Below, piece after piece: positions 10,299-20,137 of a stretch of DNA of 64,000 bases. The notes beneath the pieces are model-generated. The model saw nothing but the letters and a program-made list of their open reading frames with translations, had not been told where the DNA came from and searched no databases. This DNA comes from an uncultured Gemmatimonadales bacterium. Its GTDB lineage: Bacteria; Gemmatimonadota; Gemmatimonadetes; Longimicrobiales; RSA9. Numbering within the stretch: the first letter of the stretch is position 1; each line of letters opens with the position of its first letter. The position numbers and the translations under genes are program-made. Location: NCBI GenBank assembly GCA_963798845.1, contig CAWCUS010000003.1, positions 133,151 through 197,150 on the forward strand, read 5' to 3'.

Positions 10299-10344
10299 CA
10301 CGGGGGTGTCAGAGGACCGCCCCGATACCTGAAAGGAGATCAGG

Positions 10345-11586
10345 ATGGCAGACGCCAAGCGCACCGGCACCCCGCTCCTCGATGAGCTGGACAAGGGCCC
10401 GTGGCCTTCGTTCGTCCGGCAGATCAAGGAGATGGCCAATGAAAAGGAGCAGTGCCAGCAGTTGCTGGAGCTGCTCGAGCGCTCCTACGAGGAGAAGAAA
10501 GGCCACTGGAAGCACGGCGGCATCGTCGGCGTGATGGGGTACGGCGGTGGCGTCATCGGGCGCTACAACGACGACCCCGAGACCTACCCGGCCATCGCGC
10601 ACTTCCACACGCTGCGCGTGAACCAGCCGAGCGGCTGGTTCTACACCGCGGACGTGCTGAAGAAGATCTGCGACATCTGGGACGAGCACGGCTCCGGTCT
10701 GACCAACATGCACGGCTCCACGGGTGACATGGTGCTCCTGGGCACCACGACCGACGAGCTCGAGCCCACCTTCGCCGCGCTGTCGGAGATCGACTTCGAC
10801 CTGGGCGGGAGCGGCTCGGACGTGCGCACGCCGAGCGCGTGCGTGGGCCCGGCCCGTTGTGAGTGGGCGTGCTACGACACGCTCGACCTGTGCAACGACC
10901 TGACGCAGACGTATCAGGACGAGCTGCACCGGCCTGCGTTCCCGTACAAGTGGAAGTTCAAGTGCTCGGGCTGCCCGAACGACTGCGTGGCGTCGATCGC
11001 CCGCAGCGACATGTCCATCATCGGGACGTGGCGGGACGACATCCGCATCGATGCCGACGCGGTGACGGCCTATGCCGCCTCCGGGATGAACATCGAGCGG
11101 GACGTGTGCGGCAACTGCCCGACCAAGTGCATGGACTGGGACGGCGAGAAGCTGGAGATCGACAACAGCAACTGCGTCAAGTGCATGCACTGCATCAACG
11201 CAATGCCGAAGGCGCTGCGGCCCGGGGTGGACACGGGTGCCACGATCCTGGTCGGCGCGAAGGCGCCCATCGTGGAGGGAGCGCAGCTCGCGTCGGTGAT
11301 GGTGCCGTTCATGAAGATGGAGCCGCCGTACGAGGAGCTGAAGGACCTCACCGAGCGGATCTGGGACTTCTGGGGCGAGAACGGAAAGAACCGCGAGCGC
11401 GTGGGCGAGCTGATCCAGCGCGTGGGCCTCGGCAACTTCCTGGAGGCCATCGAGGTGGAGCCGATCCCGCAGATGATCGCCCACCCGAGGGACAACCCGT
11501 ACGTGTTCTACGACGAATACTACGAGGAAGAAGAAGAGGAAGAGGTGGAGGAAGCGCCGGAAGCCGTGCCCGCGGGAGGGGCGTGA
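10345..11586 (+). CDS. dsrA: Dissimilatory sulfite reductase alpha subunit
   Basis: [56 protein letters not shown]. Confidence 0.99.
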   Translation: MADAKRTGTPLLDELDKGPWPSFVRQIKEMANEKEQCQQLLELLERSYEEKKGHWKHGGIVGVMGYGGGVIGRYNDDPETYPAIAHFHTLRVNQPSGWFYTADVLKKICDIWDEHGSGLTNMHGSTGDMVLLGTTTDELEPTFAALSEIDFDLGGSGSDVRTPSACVGPARCEWACYDTLDLCNDLTQTYQDELHRPAFPYKWKFKCSGCPNDCVASIARSDMSIIGTWRDDIRIDADAVTAYAASGMNIERDVCGNCPTKCMDWDGEKLEIDNSNCVKCMHCINAMPKALRPGVDTGATILVGAKAPIVEGAQLASVMVPFMKMEPPYEELKDLTERIWDFWGENGKNRERVGELIQRVGLGNFLEAIEVEPIPQMIAHPRDNPYVFYDEYYEEEEEEEVEEAPEAVPAGGA

Positions 11587-11643
11587 GCACCCGGGTCATC
11601 ACCGTCAACCGCGCGTTGAACCACAGAACTTGAGGAGAAATCG

Positions 11644-12723
11644 ATGTCGACGGTACAAAGAAGGACCGATTTCGGGCCCCCCGATTTCCGGCGCTTCCTC
11701 CCGCCCGTGATCAAGGAGAACTACGGGAAGTGGAAGTACCACGAGATCCTGAGGCCCGGCGTGATGGTGCACGTGGCCGAGTCCGGCGACGAACTCATCA
11801 CCGTCCGCGCGGGCTCGCCGCGGCTGCTGAGCACGAAGCGGATCCGGATGTATTCGGATCTGGCCGAGAAGTACTGTGACGGCTTCCTCCGCTTCACCAG
11901 CCGCCACAACGTGGAGTTCCTGCTCACGAAGCGGGAGAACATCGAGCCGCTGATCGCGGACCTGGCGGCGATCGGGCATCCGGTGGGCGGGATCGGCCCG
12001 GCGATCTCGAGCATCGTGCACACGCAGGGATGGGTGCACTGCCACTCGGCGGCGACGGACGCCAGTGGTGTCGTGAAGGCCGTGATGGATGACCTGCACG
12101 AGTTCTTCGACGGGACCCGGCCGATCCCCGGGAAGCTGCGCGTCGCTCTGGCGTGCTGCCTGAACATGTGCGGTGCCGTGCACTGCTCGGACATCGCGAT
12201 CCTCGGCGTGCACCGTCGCCCGCCGAAGGTGCAGGACGACAACCTCAACAAGCTGTGCGAGATCCCGAACGTCATCGCGGCCTGCCCGACGGCGGCCATT
12301 CGCCCGGCGACGAAGAACGGGAAGCCGACGGTGGAGATCGATGAAGAGAACTGCATGTTCTGCGCGAACTGCTTCTCGGTCTGCCCGGCGCTGCCGATCG
12401 CCGACCCGCTCAACGACGGTGTGAGCATCTGGGTGGGCGGCAAGGTGTCGAACGCGCGGCGTGAGCCGATGTTCTCCAAGCTCGCGATCCCCTTCATCGA
12501 GAACGAGCCGCCGCGTTGGCCCTCGGTGGTGAAGGCCGTCCGCAAGATCGTGGAGGTGTGGGCGGACGGCGCCCGGCCTTACGAGCGTGTGGGCGAGTTC
12601 ATCGAGCGGATCGGCTGGCCGAAGTTCTTCGAGCTGGCGGAGATCGAGTTCACCAAGCAGCACATCGATGATTACCGCTACGCCGGCCTGACGTACAAGC
12701 GCTCTGCGCAACTCAGGCACTAG
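11644..12723 (+). CDS. dsrB: Dissimilatory sulfite reductase beta subunit
   Basis: [52 protein letters not shown]. Confidence 0.99.
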   Translation: MSTVQRRTDFGPPDFRRFLPPVIKENYGKWKYHEILRPGVMVHVAESGDELITVRAGSPRLLSTKRIRMYSDLAEKYCDGFLRFTSRHNVEFLLTKRENIEPLIADLAAIGHPVGGIGPAISSIVHTQGWVHCHSAATDASGVVKAVMDDLHEFFDGTRPIPGKLRVALACCLNMCGAVHCSDIAILGVHRRPPKVQDDNLNKLCEIPNVIAACPTAAIRPATKNGKPTVEIDEENCMFCANCFSVCPALPIADPLNDGVSIWVGGKVSNARREPMFSKLAIPFIENEPPRWPSVVKAVRKIVEVWADGARPYERVGEFIERIGWPKFFELAEIEFTKQHIDDYRYAGLTYKRSAQLRH

Positions 12724-12732
12724 GAGGAAGCA

Positions 12733-12984
12733 ATGGCTGTCACCACTGAACAGGTCGCCGACGCCATGTACCAGCTGGTGAGCGAATACCAGGGGAAGAA
12801 GAAGTTCAAGGCCCTGGACCTCACCAAGGCGATGAAGGAGAAGTTCGGCGCCGAGGCCGACCGGAACGTGTGCAAGAACGCCATCCGCAGCCTGATCGAC
12901 TCGGGCCGGTGCGTCTACACGTACTTCGGCGGCAGCTACATCGAGGTTCCGCACACGGAAGGGGCAGCAGAAGGCGCCTCCTGA
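12733..12984 (+). CDS. dsrD: DsrD, winged-helix DsrAB activator
   Basis: 83 aa immediately after dsrB; KKKFK..DL, LIDSG.CVYTYFGGSY. Confidence 0.88.
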   Translation: MAVTTEQVADAMYQLVSEYQGKKKFKALDLTKAMKEKFGAEADRNVCKNAIRSLIDSGRCVYTYFGGSYIEVPHTEGAAEGAS

Positions 12985-13076
12985 CCCTTCGGGGCCGGGC
13001 CCGTGCGGGAAACCGCGCGGGGCTTCCGGGCGCGGGAATCGGACACCGGGGCCGCCGTCCGACGTCGGGCGGCGGC
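12985..13076 (+). promoter_or_regulatory. Three tandem hairpins in the dsrD-dsrL spacer
   Basis: CCC-TTCG-GGG (12985-12994); 9-bp stem with GAAA loop (13000-13021); 11-bp stem with ACGT loop (13051-13076). Confidence 0.5.
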
Positions 13077-13122
13077 GACCGGATAGAACTGAACGATCGT
13101 AACCGGTCGCGTGAGGTGACGT

Positions 13123-14799
13123 ATGGCGTTGAAGAAAGTGGTGAAGACGAAGAAGTCGTTCGGGTCCCGCGGAGGGGGCGGACGCGAGCAGTCACCGCTG
13201 CGGCCGAAGCACGTGGAGAAGCGCCCGCCGTGCCAGGACACGTGTCCGAGCGGCAACCGCATCCGCGAGTTTCTGACCACACTGGCGCAGGCGGAGAAGC
13301 TCGGCAAAACCCGGGAGCAGGCGCTCACGGAGGCGTGGGAGATCTACACGGACACGAGCCCGTTCCCGAGCGTGTGCGGGCGGGTGTGCCCGGCGCCGTG
13401 CGAGAGCGAGTGCAACCGCAAGGAGCTGGACGGCGCGCTGAGCGTGAACAAGGTGGAGCGCGCCATCGGTCAGTGGGGCCTGGAGCAGAACCTCGGTCTC
13501 AAGCGGCTGTCGGAGGAAGCCAGGCCGCAGAAGGTGGCGGTGGTGGGGGGCGGGCCCAGCGGCCTGTCCTGCGCCTATCAGCTGGCACGCCGCGGCTACG
13601 CCGTGACGGTGTTCGAAGGCATGGAGAAGGCGGGCGGGATGCTCCGCTACGGCATCCCGGGCTACCGGCTGCCGGAGGACGTGCTGGACTCGGAGATCCA
13701 GCGGATCCTGGACCTGGGCGTGGAGCTGGAGACGGGGGTGAAGATCGGGCAGCAGATCACGATGGCCGAGCTGCGCGAGCGCTTCGACGCCGTCTACGTG
13801 GCGCTGGGGGCGCAGCAGGGCGTGCGCCTGGGGGTGGAGGGGGAGGACGCCCCAAACGTGTTCAGCGGCGTGGACTTCCTGAACCGGTTCCATCACGGCG
13901 AGAAGCTGGATCTGGGCCCGGATGTCGTCGCCATCGTGGTCGGCGGCGGTGACACGGCCATCGACGCGGCGCGCATCGCGAAGCGGCTCGGCGCCAACGT
14001 CACGGTCCTCTACCGCCGCACGCTGGCCGAGATGCCGGCGGTGAAGGAGGAGGTCGAGGAGGCCATCGCCGAGGGCGTGAAGGTGGAGTTCCTGGCCGCG
14101 CCGCTGGGATTCGTGAAGGAGAACGGCCGGGTGGTGGCCATGCGGGCGATCCGGATGGAGCTGGGTGAGCCGGACGCATCCGGCCGCCGGCGCCCCGTGC
14201 CCATCGACGGCTCGGAGTTCCAGATCCCGGCCAGCGCGGTGATCTCCGCGGTGAGCCAGGCCCCGGACTTCACGGGGTTCGAGGACCTCATCGAGGGGAA
14301 GGACTGGGTCAAGGTGGACGAGCGCGGCGCAACGAAGGTGGACGGCGTGTGGGCGGGCGGCGATGTGACGCGCCTGGCGCTGGTCACGGACGCCATCGGC
14401 CAGGGCCGTCGCGCGGCGGAGTCCATCGACAGCGCGTTCACGGGCACCCCGGTGCCGACGGACACGCGCAGGGTGATCCGCACCGACAAGATGCACCTGG
14501 ACCACTACGCGAAGCAGGTGAGGAACGAGCCGGCCGTGCTCGAGGTGGACAAGCGCTTCGAGGCCGTGGACCGGGAAGTGAACCTCGGCCTCACCCTGGA
14601 CCAGGCCTTCGACGAGGCCACGCGCTGCATGAGCTGCGGCTACTGCTTCGACTGCGAGAAGTGCTGGATGTACTGCTCGGAGGCGGGCATCGAAAAGCCG
14701 ATGACGAAGGGGCAGCTCTACATCTTCAAGCTCGGCACGTGCACCGGCTGCGCGAAGTGCGCGGACATCTGCCCCTGCGGGTTCATCGAGATGGCATAG
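13123..14799 (+). CDS. dsrL: DsrL Fe-S flavoprotein (DsrL-2-like)
   Basis: SPLRP...PPCQDTCPSG, CGRVCPAPCESECNR, GGGPSG, GGGDTAID, LYRR, RCMSCGYCFDCEKC, C-terminal ferredoxin; follows dsrABD. Confidence 0.93.
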   Translation: MALKKVVKTKKSFGSRGGGGREQSPLRPKHVEKRPPCQDTCPSGNRIREFLTTLAQAEKLGKTREQALTEAWEIYTDTSPFPSVCGRVCPAPCESECNRKELDGALSVNKVERAIGQWGLEQNLGLKRLSEEARPQKVAVVGGGPSGLSCAYQLARRGYAVTVFEGMEKAGGMLRYGIPGYRLPEDVLDSEIQRILDLGVELETGVKIGQQITMAELRERFDAVYVALGAQQGVRLGVEGEDAPNVFSGVDFLNRFHHGEKLDLGPDVVAIVVGGGDTAIDAARIAKRLGANVTVLYRRTLAEMPAVKEEVEEAIAEGVKVEFLAAPLGFVKENGRVVAMRAIRMELGEPDASGRRRPVPIDGSEFQIPASAVISAVSQAPDFTGFEDLIEGKDWVKVDERGATKVDGVWAGGDVTRLALVTDAIGQGRRAAESIDSAFTGTPVPTDTRRVIRTDKMHLDHYAKQVRNEPAVLEVDKRFEAVDREVNLGLTLDQAFDEATRCMSCGYCFDCEKCWMYCSEAGIEKPMTKGQLYIFKLGTCTGCAKCADICPCGFIEMA

Positions 14800-14803
14800 C
14801 GCC

Positions 14804-16237
14804 ATGACGACGCCCCGGGTTCTCGTGGCGGGACTGCGCGGCGGGAGCGGCAAGACGCTCCTCGCCGTGGGGCTCGAGGACGCGTGGCGTCGCCAGGGGC
14901 TGCAGGTGGCTCCTTTCAAGAAGGGGCCCGACTACATCGATGCGGCATGGTCCTCCTCAGCCGCGGGGAGGCCATGTCGCAATCTCGACCTCTTCCTCCA
15001 CTCGCCGGACGCAGCGGTGCGCTCTTTCGTGGATGGCGCGGCCGGCGCGGACGTGGCCGTGATCGAGGGGAACCGCGGGCTTTTCGACGGCGCCGATGCA
15101 CGGGGCTCGTACAGCAGCGCGGAGCTGGCGAAGCTGCTGAACGCACCCGTCGTGCTGGTGGTGGACTGCACAAAGGCGACGCGCACGGTCGCCGCGGCGG
15201 TGCTCGGCTGTCGGCATCTCGACCCTGAAGTGGACATCCGGGGCGTGGTGCTGAACCAGATCTCGGGGCTCCGCCACGAGGAGGTGGTGCGAGCGGCCAT
15301 TGCGGACGCCACGGGTCTCCCCGTGCTCGGCGCCCTGCCCCGGATCAACGGCGACATCCTTCCCGAACGTCACCTCGGGCTTCTCCCGCCCGCCGAACAC
15401 GGGGCACGGGAGGAGGCCGTACGGGAGGTCGGGGAGTTGGCCGAGCGATACATGGACCTGGACGAGATCCTCGCCATCGCCCGGCGCGCGCCCGCCCTCG
15501 ACCGGCCGCTGGAGGTGAGGGCGGCACCGGGACCCGGCCAGGGGGCGGCGGAGGCGGAGGAAGCTCCGTTCGCCGGCGTTCGGATCGGGGTCTTCCGGGA
15601 TGCGGCGTTTCAGTTCTACTACCCTGAGAACCTGGAAGCCCTGGAGCGCGCAGGCGCGGAGCTGGTGGAGATTTCGCCTTTGCGGGACCGGTCCCTGCCG
15701 GAGGTGAACGGGTTGTATCTCGGCGGCGGGTTCCCGGAGACGCAGGCGGAGGGACTGTCGGCGAACCGGACGTTCCGGAGCGCCGTGCGTGACGCGGCGA
15801 TGGCGGGGATGCCGATGTACGCGGAGTGCGGCGGCGCCGTCTACCTGGGCCAGGATCTGGACTACCGGGGGGGCCGGTATCCGATGGTGGGCGTGTTCCC
15901 GGTGGCGTTCGGATTTCAGGAGCGCCCTCGTGGTCACGGCTATGCGGTCCTGGAAGCGGTCGAGCAGAACCCGTACTACGGCGTGGGGGACGAACTCCGC
16001 GGCCACGAGTTCCACTACACCTTCATGCGCGCGGCGCCGGTGATGGAGCTCACGTTCGCTTTCCGGGTGCGCCGAGGGTACGGCTTCGATGGCGAGCATG
16101 ACGGGCTCTGCCGCCACAACGTGATGGCCTGCTACACCCACATTCACGCGCTCACGGTGCCGCAGTGGGCTCCCGCACTGGTGCGGGCGGCCGGGCAGTT
16201 CCGGTGGGCTTCGATCGCGGCCGTCGCGGCGCGATGA
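14804..16237 (+). CDS. dsrN: DsrN siroheme amidase (cobyrinate a,c-diamide synthase family)
   Basis: GGSGKT, FKKGPDYID, IEGNRGLFDG, PERHLGL, AECGG, GHEFHY. Confidence 0.93.
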   Translation: MTTPRVLVAGLRGGSGKTLLAVGLEDAWRRQGLQVAPFKKGPDYIDAAWSSSAAGRPCRNLDLFLHSPDAAVRSFVDGAAGADVAVIEGNRGLFDGADARGSYSSAELAKLLNAPVVLVVDCTKATRTVAAAVLGCRHLDPEVDIRGVVLNQISGLRHEEVVRAAIADATGLPVLGALPRINGDILPERHLGLLPPAEHGAREEAVREVGELAERYMDLDEILAIARRAPALDRPLEVRAAPGPGQGAAEAEEAPFAGVRIGVFRDAAFQFYYPENLEALERAGAELVEISPLRDRSLPEVNGLYLGGGFPETQAEGLSANRTFRSAVRDAAMAGMPMYAECGGAVYLGQDLDYRGGRYPMVGVFPVAFGFQERPRGHGYAVLEAVEQNPYYGVGDELRGHEFHYTFMRAAPVMELTFAFRVRRGYGFDGEHDGLCRHNVMACYTHIHALTVPQWAPALVRAAGQFRWASIAAVAAR

Positions 16238-16250
16238 GTGGAGACGCAGC

Positions 16251-16904
16251 ATGGCGATCATCACCATCTCGCGTGGATCTCTCAGCGGTGGCCGAATCGT
16301 GGCAGAGTGCCTTGCCGAGCACCTGGGCTACCCGTGCGTGGCCCACGAAGTCCTGCGCGGCGCCGCCCGGCGGCTGGGGCTCGCGGAAGACGTGGTCCGC
16401 GAGAAGTTCGAGACCCCTCCTCGCCTCTGGTCGCGGCTGAGCCGCGACCGGGAGGTCTACCTGCTGGCCGTCAAAACGGCCCTCGCCGACAAGTGCCTGG
16501 ACGGCTGCCTGGTGTACCACGGCCCCGCTGGACAGTTCTTCCTCGCCGGGGTCCCCTGCGTGCTCTCCGTCCGGCTGATCGCTCCGCTGCAGCAGCGGGT
16601 GCGGGCGCTGACCGGCCCGCATCACCGGCTCACGCGCAAAGCCGCCCTCGAGTTCATCGAGAACGTGGACGAGGAGCGGCGGCGCTGGGCGCGGTTGATG
16701 TTCGGGGCGGACGTCGAGGATCCGTCGCTGTACGACCTCACGGTGAACCAGCGCTTCCTCTCGGTGGAGACCGCGTGCGTCGCGGTCGCCGAGGCCGCGG
16801 GTCAGCCGGAGTTTCAGGTCACCGACGAGGCGCTCTCCGAGCTCACTTCGTTCGCGGCATCGTGTCACGACCGGCTGGACGCTCTCCTGGACGGAGAGGA
16901 GTGA
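16251..16904 (+). CDS. Cytidylate kinase-like family protein
   Basis: IITISRGSLSGG...LGY, LVYHG, VRLIAP, DPSLYDLTVN; Walker A lacks Lys. Confidence 0.85.
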   Translation: MAIITISRGSLSGGRIVAECLAEHLGYPCVAHEVLRGAARRLGLAEDVVREKFETPPRLWSRLSRDREVYLLAVKTALADKCLDGCLVYHGPAGQFFLAGVPCVLSVRLIAPLQQRVRALTGPHHRLTRKAALEFIENVDEERRRWARLMFGADVEDPSLYDLTVNQRFLSVETACVAVAEAAGQPEFQVTDEALSELTSFAASCHDRLDALLDGEE

Positions 16905-16907
16905 GCC

Positions 16908-17726
16908 ATGGCCATCATCGCCATCTGCCGGGGCAGCAAGAGCGGTGGGGGGGCCATGGCCCGCTGCCTGGCGGACGGCCTCGGCTATCCGATCCTCGGG
17001 CGGGAGATCGTGCAGGACGCCGCCGCAGAGCTGGGGGTGCCGGCGCAGCTGCTGGAGCAGCGGATGGACGCCCGTCCCACGCTCTGGAGCCGGTTCTCGA
17101 GCCTGAGGCGGACGTACATGGTGGCCGTACAGGCCGCGATGGCGGAGTACGTGGTGGAGGGCGATCTGGTCTACCACGGGCTGGCGGGAGGTCTCCTGCT
17201 GCGCGGACTTCCGGCCACGCTGTCGCTGCGCCTGATCGCGCCCCTGGAGTACAGGAAGCGGGCGGTCGTCGCGGCATCCGAAATGGATGACGCCATGGCC
17301 GAGGCCTACGTCCGGGAGCTGGACGAGACGCGTGGGCAATGGGTGAAGGTGATGTACGGAGAGGACATCGCCGATCCGAGGCTTTTCGACATGGTGGTGA
17401 GCCTGGGCAAGCTGACCATCGAGGGGGCGTGCGCAGTGGTGGTGAAGACCATCCAGCGTCCCGAGTACCAGATCACCGAGGAGGTCCGGGCGCGGCTGAT
17501 GGACTTCCGGTCCGCCTGCCGGGTGAAGCTCGCCCTGGTTCGTGACAGCGAGCTGAGCGGGCTGGACCTGGACGCCGCCGTGGAGGACGGCGCGGTGGTG
17601 ATCACCGGAGAAGCACCGCTGCTGAAGGGTGGACGGACGGGGAACCGCATCGTGGAGCTGGCCCGCTCGGTCCCGGGCGTGGACGAGGTCCGGCTCAAGG
17701 TGGAGTGGTTCGACCCTTACCCGTAG
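16908..17726 (+). CDS. Cytidylate kinase-like protein with C-terminal BON-like domain
   Basis: IIAICRGSKSGG, LVYHG, LRLIAP, DPRLFDMVV; C-terminal VEDGAVVITG...ARSVPGVDEV. Confidence 0.85.
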   Translation: MAIIAICRGSKSGGGAMARCLADGLGYPILGREIVQDAAAELGVPAQLLEQRMDARPTLWSRFSSLRRTYMVAVQAAMAEYVVEGDLVYHGLAGGLLLRGLPATLSLRLIAPLEYRKRAVVAASEMDDAMAEAYVRELDETRGQWVKVMYGEDIADPRLFDMVVSLGKLTIEGACAVVVKTIQRPEYQITEEVRARLMDFRSACRVKLALVRDSELSGLDLDAAVEDGAVVITGEAPLLKGGRTGNRIVELARSVPGVDEVRLKVEWFDPYP

Positions 17727-17784
17727 GCGAACAATGTTCCGGCCCGTCCGCCGCAGGAGCGGCGAGCGGCCAGGAGTGAGCGAT

Positions 17785-18783
17785 ATGTCGTACCAGCGCT
17801 ACGTTTGCGCCGCAGGGAGCGTCATTCCGGTCACGCTCGCGCTCCTGCTCTGTGCCGTTGCGCCCGTGGTCGCACAGCACGCGGCGCAGGACGCCACGGA
17901 GCTCGCCGCCATGCAGGCTGCGGTGAGCGAGCACGCCTGGTGGTTCTGGCCGGCCGTGCTGTTCGGGATGACGTTCGTCATGGGCATACTGGCGGCAGTG
18001 GCCGGCGTGGGCGGCGGCGTGCTCTTCGTCCCCATCGTCAGCGGCTTCTGCCCGTTCCACCTGGACTTCGTGCGCGGCACCGGTCTGCTGGTGGCGATGT
18101 CCGGTGCGCTGGCGGCGGGCCCCGGTTTCCTGCGCATGAATCTGGCCAGCCTGCGCCTGGCCATGCCCGTGGCGCTCATCGCCTCCGCGTGCGCCATAGC
18201 GGGCGCCATGGTGGGGCTGGCACTCCCAACCAACGTGGTCCAGACTGCGCTGGGGGCGTCCATTCTCGGCATCGTGGTGATCATGATCCGGGCGAAGAAG
18301 TCCGCATTCCCCGTGGTGGCGCGTGCGGACCGGCTGTCCACGGCGCTGGGCATCTCGGGCGTCTACATGGAGGCAAGCCTCGGGCGCGAAGTGGACTGGA
18401 AGATCCATCGCACGCTGCCGGGGCTGATCCTGTTCATCGCCATCGGCTTCATGGCCGGCATGTTCGGCCTGGGCGCGGGGTGGGCCAACGTCCCCGTGCT
18501 GAACCTGCTGCTGGGCGCGCCGCTCAAGGTGAGCGTGGCCACCAGCAAGTTCCTCCTGTCCATCACAGACACGTCCGCCGCCTGGATCTACCTGAACCAG
18601 GGGTGCGTCATCCCCCTGCTCGTGGTTCCCTCTCTCGTCGGGATCATGCTCGGGTCCTTCGTGGGCGTGCGCGTGCTCAAGGTGGCGAAGCCGGCTTTCG
18701 TTCGCTGGATGGTCATCGCGCTCCTGATCTTCTCGGGAGCAAAGGCGATGACGAAGGGTCTCGGACTTCCGTTCTTCTTCTGA
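17785..18783 (+). CDS. TSUP (TauE/SafE) family sulfur-anion transporter
   Basis: AGVGGGVLFVP and GMFGLGAGWANVP repeats, multiple TM helices; AGGAG RBS before ATG 17785. Confidence 0.9.
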   Translation: MSYQRYVCAAGSVIPVTLALLLCAVAPVVAQHAAQDATELAAMQAAVSEHAWWFWPAVLFGMTFVMGILAAVAGVGGGVLFVPIVSGFCPFHLDFVRGTGLLVAMSGALAAGPGFLRMNLASLRLAMPVALIASACAIAGAMVGLALPTNVVQTALGASILGIVVIMIRAKKSAFPVVARADRLSTALGISGVYMEASLGREVDWKIHRTLPGLILFIAIGFMAGMFGLGAGWANVPVLNLLLGAPLKVSVATSKFLLSITDTSAAWIYLNQGCVIPLLVVPSLVGIMLGSFVGVRVLKVAKPAFVRWMVIALLIFSGAKAMTKGLGLPFFF

Positions 18784-18808
18784 CCCGGGACAAGCGGGAG
18801 GTGCAGCG

Positions 18809-19258
18809 ATGAGCGAACCGACACGGAGCGCCCGGCCGAGCGAAGAGCAGCGCCTCTACGCCACGATCCTGGCCGCCGGCATGTACACGGGGCTGGCGCT
18901 GCTGCTGATCACCTTCGCCCTCTACATCTTCGGCGTGATCGAGCCGGCCGTGCCGGTGGACCGGCTGGAGACGTACTGGACGCTGAGCGTGGACCGCTTC
19001 AACGAAGTGATCAACGCGGAGTACCTGCACCGCGACCACGCGCTGAGCGGCTGGTGGTGGCTGTCGGCGCTGGGACGGGGCGACTACCTGAACCTCGTCG
19101 GTATCGCCGTCCTCTCCGGCGTGACGGTGCTCTGCTTCATCGGCATCATCCCGGTCCTCATCCGGAAGCGGGACTGGGTCTACGCCGCCATCGCGGTCGT
19201 CGAGGTGCTGATCCTCGTGCTGGCGGCCAGCGGCATCCTGGCCGTGGGCGGGCACTGA
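18809..19258 (+). CDS. DUF1634-like membrane protein (TSUP partner)
   Basis: EQRLYA.IL, GWWWL..L.RGDYLN, TM helices; directly after TSUP. Confidence 0.75.
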   Translation: MSEPTRSARPSEEQRLYATILAAGMYTGLALLLITFALYIFGVIEPAVPVDRLETYWTLSVDRFNEVINAEYLHRDHALSGWWWLSALGRGDYLNLVGIAVLSGVTVLCFIGIIPVLIRKRDWVYAAIAVVEVLILVLAASGILAVGGH

Positions 19259-20103
19259 TGCGCTTCCTCCCCGTCGGCCTGGACCTGCGCGACCGGCCCT
19301 GCGTGGTGGTGGGCGGCGGCGCCGTGGGGACGCGCAAGGCGCGCACCCTGGCCCGGGTGGGTGCCCGTGTCACCATCGTCTCTCCGGAGATCGGCGAGGA
19401 GCTGGCGGGCGACGTGAAAGCCGGGCGGATCCGCTGGCTACGCGAGCCGTTCCGCCCCGAGCACCTCGAAGGCGCGCGCGTGGCGGTGCTGGCGACGGAC
19501 GACGCGGCGCTGAACGCGCGCGCGGCACGGGAGGCGTCGGCCCGGGGGATCCTGGCGTGCGATGCCTCCTCGGCCGACGGAACGGAGCTGATCTTCGGCG
19601 CGCTCGTGGAGCACGATGGCGTCACTCTGGGCGCGTTCACGGACGGGCGCGATCCCGCCCGGGCGAGGCGGATCCGGGACGCCGTGGCGCTCTGGCTGGG
19701 CGCGCCGCGGCCGAACGGCTCGCCATCCGCGCCCACCGACGCACTGCTGGTGCTGGCGGCGCACGGTAGCCGGGACCCCGCGTGGGGCCGACCCCTGGAA
19801 GCGCTGGCGGAGGCGCTGCGCAAGCGCACCGGCGACCAGCGCGTGCGCCTCGCATACGTGCAGTTCGCATCCCCTTCCCTGGAGGACGTGGTGGCGGACG
19901 CCGCCCGCTCCGGCATCCGGCGCGTCCGCGTGCTGCCGCTGTTCATGACGGCGGAAGGGCACGTGGAGCGCGACATCCGACCGGCGGTGGATGCGCTCCG
20001 CCGGATCCATGCAGAGATCGAGGTGACGCTGCTCCCACCCGTGGGACAGCTCCCTTCGTTTGAACGGCTTCTGGCCGATATCGCTTTGGAGGCAACCCGA
20101 TGA
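19258..20103 (+). CDS. Precorrin-2 dehydrogenase (CysG-N/SirC) fused to SirB/CbiX chelatase
   Basis: FLPVGLDL...VVGGGAVGTRK then LVLAAHGSRDP...VLPLFM..GHV.RDI; TGATG coupling. Confidence 0.85.
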   Translation: MRFLPVGLDLRDRPCVVVGGGAVGTRKARTLARVGARVTIVSPEIGEELAGDVKAGRIRWLREPFRPEHLEGARVAVLATDDAALNARAAREASARGILACDASSADGTELIFGALVEHDGVTLGAFTDGRDPARARRIRDAVALWLGAPRPNGSPSAPTDALLVLAAHGSRDPAWGRPLEALAEALRKRTGDQRVRLAYVQFASPSLEDVVADAARSGIRRVRVLPLFMTAEGHVERDIRPAVDALRRIHAEIEVTLLPPVGQLPSFERLLADIALEATR

Positions 20104-20137
20104 GTCCTGTCCTCGACCCCCGGCTCCGGAGGAACGC

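Noticed and set aside
10345..14799. Oxidative (reverse) Dsr interpretation based on dsrL
   Set aside because: dsrD, dsrT and qmoC are present, dsrEFH are absent from the window, and DsrL is the YRR type. Reversibility cannot be fully excluded from sequence alone.
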